From Octopus vulgaris (lineage: Eukaryota), in NCBI GenBank assembly GCA_951406725.2, contig OX597825.1:53320001-53384000 (forward strand): DNA of 64,000 nt, read 5' to 3'. This document shows positions 55,509 through 64,000 of this stretch, in pieces. Within the stretch, counting starts at the first letter, position 1; every line of letters starts with the position of its first letter. A program made the translations under genes and the position numbers. Below the pieces are notes generated by a model, which saw nothing but the letters and a program-made list of their open reading frames with translations, had not been told where the DNA came from and made no database searches.

Positions 55509-56073
55509 TATTAGTTTTATTGTTATAACGCGCTTTCAATGCACTATCGAGCGCAGCTCTGTGTTCCTTGGGTATGTGCCCTTTTTTGCTGTCCCATAGA
55601 TATTCACTCTCCGAACACCAGTACATTGTTGATAAGAAACTAAAAAGACTCTGCAACCAGAGATACTTGGTCATTGCACAATTCATTTAAAATGACGGAT
55701 GCTACACGGATTAGTTGTGGTTGGTTGCAGGATAAAACATCGACCAAGGGAGATGCATTACGCCGAGTCTCCAAAGAAAATGCGATACATCGATGCCTGT
55801 GAGTCACAGTAATCTAAAATAAACTATTGCAGAGGTCCTTAGAAATGTAGTTTCTGGCATTTGGGTATCTCTTCTTCTTCTTCTTCTTCTTCTTCTTCTT
55901 CTTCTTCTTCTTCTTCTTCTTCTTCTTCTTCTTCTTCTTCTTCTTCGTCTTCTTCTTCTACTCCTTCTCCCCCTCCTCTTCCTTCTTCTTATTCCTTTTC
56001 TTCTTCTTCTACTTATTCTCCTTTCTTCTTCTTCTTCTTCTTATTATTATTATTATTATGTTCATTATCATCA

Positions 56074-56133
<60 letters not shown>

Positions 56134-56229
56134 TTCTATTTTTTTGTCTCAGGTTCGGTCTCATTCCTGGCAGGGAGTATGTGGATAGCATGTAGCTATC
56201 AGATATCCACAAGTTTTCAGCAGTCTTTC

Positions 56230-57335
56230 AAGCTCCTAGGACCTTCCTGATAATCCTTGCTGTCCCTAACCCTAAGAGACACACTTTCTGTAGGAGCTCT
56301 ACGGGGCAATCTATTAATCTCTCCCTCGGTCATTTGTCTATATCTTGATTTACTGATCTCAGATCATCAATTATTATAGGCACGACCTTTACTGTTCATA
56401 TACTCCAAATTTTTCGTATTTCAAATTTCAGGAGATTGTATTTTCTTTTTTTCTTCCTCTTTCTTTAAGATCTTGGAATCAAATACGGAGTTGGAATAAT
56501 GGTTCGACAAGTAAGCAACTTCGTTTGGCCTTATCATTGTAATATTTGGTGTAGTGTTTTCTAATTTTTTTGCCGTTTGAATTCGAAAGTCCTACAAAAT
56601 CTTACATTTCTCTGACTCTAGAAACCTTTCGACTCGCTCATTGTAACATGCGTTTCTAGCTTCAAATCCTCGTTTCTAGCACAGTTTCCAGGGTAAAACT
56701 TTTACAACCTGGTCGTTCCTCCATTTCTTCTATTCTTTCTGTACCAATTTGGAACATTCTGGCATAATGTGTGCCACTTTCTCGTTACAAGTTCCTCTAC
56801 ATCGTTCTCACATATTCTCTCCATATACATTTTTTCAAGTTCTTTGTTCCTAACTCTTGATCTTGTGCTGCTACAATTAGGCTCTCCGTTTCTTTTTTAA
56901 TTGTCTCATTTTTAACCAATTCCAGGATTTTGTTACTCATACGTATTCAGTGGGTCTCCAAAATTGGACACAGTGAGGTTTTTCTTCGATCTGTCTGACA
57001 TGCTCTCTTTGTATTTTATTCTTGTCTTTTTCCCCTATGATGCTCTTCATCACCTGTTCTTTCTTACCTATCTTTAGTAGTCTTTCTGTACTGCTCTGTA
57101 ACTATTCTTCTAGACTTTTTCTTTCCATCTGTGCAAATTATTCTACTGCTATTAAGCCACTTCCACCCTGGTCTCTCCTCAAGTACAGCTTTCGGATGTT
57201 GGACTCCAAAATCGTCAACACCTTCCTGGTGTTTCTGTCAAGTTTCTTTATTTCGTTTTTGGTCAAGTCTATTATTCCAATTCTATATCTGATAAAGGGT
57301 ACTAGTCTTGAATTTACTGCTTCAATGAGACTTTT
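56230..57335 (-). mobile_element. R4/Dong-clade RLE non-LTR element 3' portion, decayed
   Basis: IEAVNSRLVPFIRY..LDRNTRKVLT..KLYLRRDQGGSGL, KKETESLIVAAQDQ, IL*DFRIQT, LKFEIRKIW..VKVVPIII; flanked by (ATT)n. Confidence 0.8.
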
Positions 57336-57365
57336 GGATTTATTATTATTATTATTATTATTATG

Positions 57366-57494
<129 letters not shown>

Positions 57495-57509
57495 TATGGT
57501 TTTCTTTTA

Positions 57510-58010
57510 TCATTACTTTATTTCAGCTGCCTTAGTACCAGGCATCATCCGGAGGCCAAGAATAGCAAAGACACTTTTGTTTTGCTATGTATGCTTAAAT
57601 TATGACCACATTCCATTTTAGATAGAGAGTGCTGTTAGTACTATATGAGCTGTAGCCATCAAGGTTATCTATTGTAGTTCACGGAGACTGGAGTTATCAG
57701 AAATTTGCTTAATATATTTCTCAGCTTCGATCTTTATCATTCCCAACGCACCTATTACTACTGGTGTTTTTATAGCACTAAGCTTCCACACTTTTGTGAT
57801 TTCAAGTTGCAGATCTTTATAGCGTGAAAGCTTTCCGTATTCCTTTCTTGTGACATTTTAATCTTGTGGAACAGACATATATACCAACAGACAAGTTCCT
57901 CTGCTGTAGTCCTTGATCTCAATGTTTGGTTGATTGGAGTCAATCTTTCTCTCTGTTTTGGGAAGTTCCAAATGGTGATGGTAGGTCTGTCAGTATTTGG
58001 GTGTCTTTGG
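57510..58010 (-). mobile_element. second R4/Dong-clade 3' fragment (RLE domain)
   Basis: CLLVYMSVPQD*NVTRKEYGKLSRYKDLQLEITKVW..TPVVIGALGMI..TAHI; lies between (ATT)n and (TTC)n/(ATT)n arrays. Confidence 0.78.
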
Positions 58011-58030
58011 TTCTTCTTCTTCTTCTTCTT

Positions 58031-58152
<122 letters not shown>

Positions 58153-58311
58153 CATTATTATTATTATTATCATTATTATTCGCCAAGATAACATGGCAGT
58201 ACAGAAAAATAGGACGAATTCTGACATTGATTAGCTCCAAGAGGTCATAGCCTCTAGCTAGCTAACCCTCCGAACAGGGTAGGTCAGCCGCTTCCCCTTA
58301 ATGGTCTGGCA

Positions 58312-58354
58312 TCTACAGACTAGTTTCAGGGTATTTGCCCCTTGTCAATGTAGA
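58312..58354 (-). ncRNA. type I HHR, U3:A8 core (family G); second copy 60290-60332
   Basis: Minus TCTACA TTGACAA GGGGC-AAAT-ACCCT GAAAC TA GTC TGTAGA; copy 2 TCTACA TTGATAA GGAGC-AAAT-ACACT GAAAC TA ATC TGTAGA. Confidence 0.78.
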
Positions 58355-58379
58355 GTAACTGAACCCAGCAGGCGTCGCT

Positions 58380-60004
58380 TAATCTTTATTATAGGAACAA
58401 TGGCCCGAATTAAGAGGGGACATTACAATACAAGACATGAGGTACATATAATAAAAAAAATCAAAATGTATGGTATGACAATGAATTATTTGTAATGAAT
58501 TAAATGGAATGGCTTACGAGCTCACAGTTTCATTTACAATTACAATTATGTTATTCAGGACGTTCATCCGTCATGTACTCGATTAACTTCTCCTGCTCAA
58601 TAATACCTGGCAAACTGTCATACCGAATGTATTGCATTACGCCTACAGATGTATACACCTTTTCCAGCTTCATTACTGTCTCTCTTTCTACAATCGCCGC
58701 CTTCACTTGGTCGTCAGATAACTTCGGGTTCAGCTTCACTCTAATTAGACTTTTCGTATTTGTCAACTTCTTCTCAATTTCCTTGTCCTTCTTGTACAAT
58801 ATTATAGCTTTAAGATTTCTTCCTTTTGGTCTTCCTCCTTCCTTACATTTTGTCAGCTGTTCATCCACTCTTCTTATTCATTCTTCCGTTACCTGCCAAT
58901 CTGAATCTTCACTCACTTTCGTTTCTGTATCTTTCTCTTCATGCGTTCGATCATCTATCTCGTCGGTAGACTTCTTTTTAGCTTTTTTCTTATTTTGTGC
59001 TTTGGGTGGTGATTCCACCCGCGTTCTCTTTCTATCCTCTTTTTCTTCTGTTCTTTCCCTTTCTTTCTCCTTCTCGTCACCTCTTTCTACATTATCTGTA
59101 GTCACGATTTCTTCTTCCACATACGCCTTTTGTAACTCCTCTGTCAAAGCATCCAGTGTTATCGTTTTCTCTTGTACTTCTCTTAGCGGACACATATCCT
59201 TCATGTGGCCTCTAATTTTGCATTTGTAACACACTGGGGGTCTCCCCTCCACTACGACTCTGAGACGTGTCTCGTCGGGGAACACCAACTCCTCTGGGAT
59301 GTTATACAGGTCTGGCATGGTTATGTGAACCAAAGCCTGCACTGCATAACCCCACCACTTTACTTCTTTCAACTTTTCCACCTTCAGTATGTCGACACTC
59401 TCTTTGCAGTTGAATACTATTGCTGCTAAAATTCTTTCCATGTTCAGTTCCGGTGAAATTTTACTGATTCGTATTCTTCCTGCCCTTTTCCACAATAGCT
59501 ATGTAGTAACACCCATTTTTCAGTTTTCAATATTTTCGTGGCGTTCCTCTTCGCTTCATTTTCGTTTTTAAAATGAACAACTACTGTTGCGTATTTTCTA
59601 CCTCTATTGTAGAAGGTAGTTTCTTCTTCAATTTCTTGTAGACACCTCTCAATTTCCTCCACCCCTGCCGCTTCTTTTCTCTTCGAAGCCACGCTCCACG
59701 TTCTGTATGTTATAATACGCTTCTCTGCTTCTTTCGCTTCGTCTTCAGGTGATGTGACCCTCAGGCAATCACCTTCCTTCTTGAAGCTGTTGAAGTATTT
59801 CTTCAAAATCTCCTTCTCGACGTCCTCTTCTTCCAACTGCAGTTCGCTCGCAGCCAGGCCCTTGCCTGCTGCTCCCGCATAAGTTTGGGCTTGCATACCC
59901 AACAAAAACTTCAACAGTTCACCACGCCGTAACAGCTTCCACCAACGAATTCGAACTCGCAATCGCAATATACAATAACCGTAACACAAAATAACCGACA
60001 CAAA
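58380..60004 (-). mobile_element. ORF1-only (HAL1-like) non-autonomous L1/Tx1-type retroelement with 18-bp TSD
   Basis: AACCCAGCAGGCGTCGCT at 58362-58379 and 60005-60022; AATAAA 5 nt from the 3' end; one gag-like ORF and no room for ORF2. Confidence 0.8.
58551..59896 (-). pseudogene. L1/Tx1 ORF1p-like protein (about 448 codons; zinc knuckle); one frameshift near 59490 and one in-frame TGA at 58878-58880
   Basis: MQAQTYAGAA..YATVVVHFKNENEAK (RRM-like)..VEGRPPVCYKCKIRGHMKDMC (CX2CX4HX4C), charged linker, C-terminal domain in frame after the TGA. Confidence 0.78.
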
Positions 60005-60899
60005 AACCCAGCAGGCGTCGCTACTGACCGTCTTTTCGAAGGATTATTTACCTAAAATTCAGTGGAATACATCCACTGGTTTTCAAAAATAGAAATATTA
60101 ATATTTTCAAGTGTCTCTAAAGGAGACTATGCCAGCGGTGCTGGATATTAATAGTTATCGACAAGCTAACATGGCAGTCCAAAAAGTTGCAAGAGGACAT
60201 CGCCTCTAGTTTGCTATGTGACACACGACCCTGTGTCCATTATAACCTTCGAACAGGGGAGGTCAGCCGCTTCCCCTTGTGATCTGGCATCTACAGATTA
60301 GTTTCAGTGTATTTGCTCCTTATCAATGTAGAGTAACCGAACACAGCAGGCGTCGCTACTGACCGTCTGTTCGAAGAATTATTTACCTAAATTCAGTTGA
60401 ATACATCCACTGGTTTTCGTCCTATTTTTCTGAACTGCCATGTTAGCTTGGCGATAACTATTGATATCCAGTATCACTGCCGTAATCTCCTTTAGAAAGA
60501 CTTAGAAATATTAATATTTCTATTTCTGTGTGTTTGCATATATCATCTGTAAAATATAATTAAGTATCAGGTAGATTGGCAAGGGACATTAAACATTATT
60601 AACTGGAGTAGGTTGGTGGAGTGGCTTTTGTTAAGTACATATTATGCAAATGGTATAAATTACAAAAAAAGAATGGTATATTATATACTAAGGGAAGATA
60701 TAATATATATTAATATCAAGTGAGGTGTAGGGAGATTTTGAGAAAATGTTAGTCCAATATTATGTAGGTCAAGTAATTATTAGAGGAGAGAGTTAAATAA
60801 TAAATATATATCAATATAATGTAAGATAATGTGATGTGCAGAGTATGTGACGATTAATAATCGAATTCCATAGAAAGGGTTAATATATACAGATATTTA

Positions 60900-61400
60900 A
60901 AAGAAGATAAGTATATTAGAAAAAAATGGAAATGTTATTAAAATTTCAAATAAGGGGTATTGTTTAAGATTAATAAAAAGGTATTTGGTCATGTATTTAC
61001 CTGAAAAAAACTTTTTCATACCTAGTATTAACAAGATGTCCATTCATTCTCATTATATTGTAGCTTTCTTCTAAACATAACCTACAAATTTTGTTATTAT
61101 ATCTGAAAGATGGGGCTGAACATAAGATTTTCCAAGATGTTGAGTATTCAATATTGTTTCTTTTGAGTTGGCTAACATTTTTAGATAGCGCTGTACTGTT
61201 TTTTGTAGGGTCATTAATGGAATATCTATGATTATTTATTCGTGATTTTATAGAAGTTTTCTTTACCTTATACTTAATATTCACAAACGAATATTAGTTC
61301 TTACACAAACACAACACCATTTTATGTAGCTCTTTAAGCATTTCTACCCCTAACTCGTTTACATTGCAACCTCCTATATACTAAATTCACTAGTTTGATT
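60900..61400 (-). mobile_element. PLE GIY-YIG C-terminal fragment (Naiad-like)
   Basis: SIKSRINNHRYS..STALSKNVSQLK..SWKIL..CRLCLEE..LVNTRYE. Confidence 0.75.
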
Positions 61401-62275
61401 TTATTCTCACGCATAATATTTTAAAATACACACCATACCTAATATTGTTTATAACTGTCAAGTCATATCCTAATTCAAACATAATTATGATTATCCACTG
61501 GACATTTCTATAAAACTTCCTCTTATAAAGGACTTATTTCGAGTTTGAATAACTTTTCTACTTACTCTTCTATAAAGGGAACGTCTCATAAAACCTTCTT
61601 CACTTATATCTTCAAATAACTGATAATTGCATTAGTTTTAGTTTATATACAAATAGACTCAGGTTCTTTATTATGTTGCTCTCAATTTTCATAAAGATAA
61701 ATATGTATGTCCGAAATTGGTCTTTGCTATTTATATCATCAAGTCCTCTGTTTATACTTCTTTCAGTGAGGAAAAATGTGATATGTAATTAATTTAATTA
61801 TACTACCAGGAATTTACATGTTATAATATAGCTGTTTGAAACGATTGAATGCATTTATAAAAATTCTTTTAAATTTTAACATCTCTTCTCCATTTTTAAC
61901 AAATTTGTTTTGTTCTACGGGATACAGGTCCATAAATCCTCATAACCCGCCATATATATATAAGACACCATATATATATACATATGTATACGAATGTGTG
62001 TGTGAGTGTGAGTGAGTATGCGGGGGAGGTCTGTTTGTGTGTGTGTTTGTAAGTGTGGTGTTTATACTTATTTGTATATATGAATTCTTTTGTTAATATT
62101 TGCCGACTACGCTTCTTTACATGACGTTTTAATGTTACTGCATCTATACATAGGCATGTGTAAATGTATCTCCTTCGCTAAGTGTGTATAAACTAAACAC
62201 ATGCATATTTCTATGTGTAGACCTGTGTGCATGCGTGAGTAAGTGTATGAATATATATATATATATATATATATG

Positions 62276-62340
<65 letters not shown>

Positions 62341-64000
62341 GCACATTTACATTCATATAATTTTACATTTATATGTTTGTATGCCTATATATATATAAAA
62401 CAACCATGATCGCATACAATAGAAGCCATGAAACGAACTACATTTAACCTTCATCTTACGTGACACAGCTTTCCTATTTAAAATTTTCTGTTAAACGAAA
62501 CAAAAGCCGACTTAAAGATATGTTCTATCTTTAGAACCATCTAAATTATACACACGTATTAAAACTAATTCTTCGGAATTTCATTTGCCAAATTCTATTC
62601 ATCAAATTCACCAAATACTGATTTCTAAAATTATGCCTTCATCCATTAATTTCAACAGAAGTTGGAATCGATATAACTGGACGTACCCTGAAATATCATT
62701 CTACTGAGGTTTGCAAAAATATTTAGGAGATTATAGATATTTTGTCTTGTGTGTTTGTTGATTAATCTACTAATAATAATATTTATTTTTCTATCTTTAT
62801 TTGTATAATTAATAATCGTAAATAGATTCGTTTTGAGAATAAATTGATTACTCTTAAAATCTTAGATGTATTAATACTGTTAAATACCAATAGGCAGTCA
62901 CCAGAAAACTAGTAGGGACCTCACTGTAGACTCGGTCTCAGCTTTCTGTTAATGGCATTATTTTACTCTGCGTGAAAATAATGAATATATATTCAACCAT
63001 GCTCATTTGAAACCCGTGGTAAGCTGCCCGGACTAAATAGCCACACACGCCCACTACTTCTTATATATTCATAGAATGTGTATAGTGTACGTATTTTTAT
63101 TTTTATGTATGTATAATATACATATAATATACATATATACATATGGATATATGTGTGTGAGTGTGCGTGTATGTGTGTGTATATGTGTATGTGTTTGCCT
63201 TTGTCAGTGTTTATGTGTGCAACTTGAAGAATGGAAAACATTACTGTATCCCTTCTTTCACTGCTATCAAATTTTACTCGAGGAAGACTACCCTCCGAGA
63301 CCTTGTATTTTCAACTTCTGACAACAAGTTCACTGTATTCTTCTATCCATTTTTCCACATAATATTCGTCTGGTCGGTAGAAACCAACACCATATTAGTC
63401 GTATATATACAAATATATGTTTACCTCAGTCTTTTTATATCTAACTATGTGTGCATGTGTACATGTCTGTATGGATATGTATGTAGTGTATGCATGTACA
63501 TAAGTCGTATATATGCATATGCAAACATATATGTATGCAATACACACTCACACACATGTATACACACACATATACATGTATATCGACGTATACTAATTGT
63601 GTAATGTCAATCTTAAACATTGCAGATCGTTCTGCTTTTAGCATTGCCTTTGCAATACGACTCTCCCTTGATAAATTCGCTAAAATTCCTGTAACACTAC
63701 ATCTCCCTATATTCATTAATACTATGCTTATCGTAATGGTTCAAAGTGACTAAAACTGCTTTGATGTTGAACTGTAGAAACTTACTATTTGTCAGAATAA
63801 GAAGCAATAAATGAGGTTATTGATGCTAATATAAAGACCGAAATGCATCTCAATACTTTTTACATGCTCACTAAAGTATTAAATATAACACGCAATTCTA
63901 CTTAAGCAGATTTCGAATTCCACTTGATTATTCTACGTATTCCTTCAGAGTTAACAATCGCATCTCATTTAGGTTCTCCATCTCTCTCTCTCTCTCTCTC

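Larger units (their letters stand above)
58178..60527. repeat. HHR-bearing tandem and inverted repeat (family G), interrupted by an ORF1-only element
   Basis: 58180-58379 plus 60023-60084 recurs as about 60158-60418; 60087-60179 is inverted to 60434-60525; 58179-58217 is inverted to 60417-60454. Confidence 0.85.

Noticed and set aside
58878-58880. In-frame TGA as selenocysteine or programmed read-through
   Set aside because: The same ORF also has a frameshift, the codon lies in a low-complexity linker and I see no SECIS; simple decay is more likely.
58504-59229. 241-aa plus-strand ORF
   Set aside because: Antisense shadow of the purine-rich ORF1 on the minus strand.
63600-63960. Possible Pif1/Helitron helicase remnant on minus (TGILANL..MFKIDI)
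   Set aside because: Only a loose resemblance to one motif and no clear Walker A.

Overview
AT-rich, microsatellite-saturated eukaryotic DNA, intergenic or intronic. The SINE families and repeat style point to an octopod cephalopod (inference). I found no convincing host protein-coding gene; most ORFs in the track are simple-repeat translations. The window is a patchwork of decayed mobile elements: mariner, maT/DD37D, pogo/Tc2, a Tigger-type MITE, Helitrons, non-LTR elements (RTE, HERO, R4/Dong, L1/Tx1), tRNA-derived SINEs and several Penelope-like element (PLE) families. Main signals beyond that: (1) about 15 type-I hammerhead ribozyme (HHR) motifs from several unrelated short non-coding repeats, mostly in head-to-head palindromes or 335-353 bp tandem units next to microsatellites; (2) HHRs of three families with a compensatory U3:A8 core (UUGAYAA); (3) a 1.6-kb ORF1-only (HAL1-like) retroelement with an exact 18-bp target-site duplication (TSD), inserted beside one of these ribozymes; (4) a Helitron head-to-tail junction; (5) an RTE 3' stub with a very long TSD. 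All calls come from manual reading; boundaries of decayed elements are approximate.
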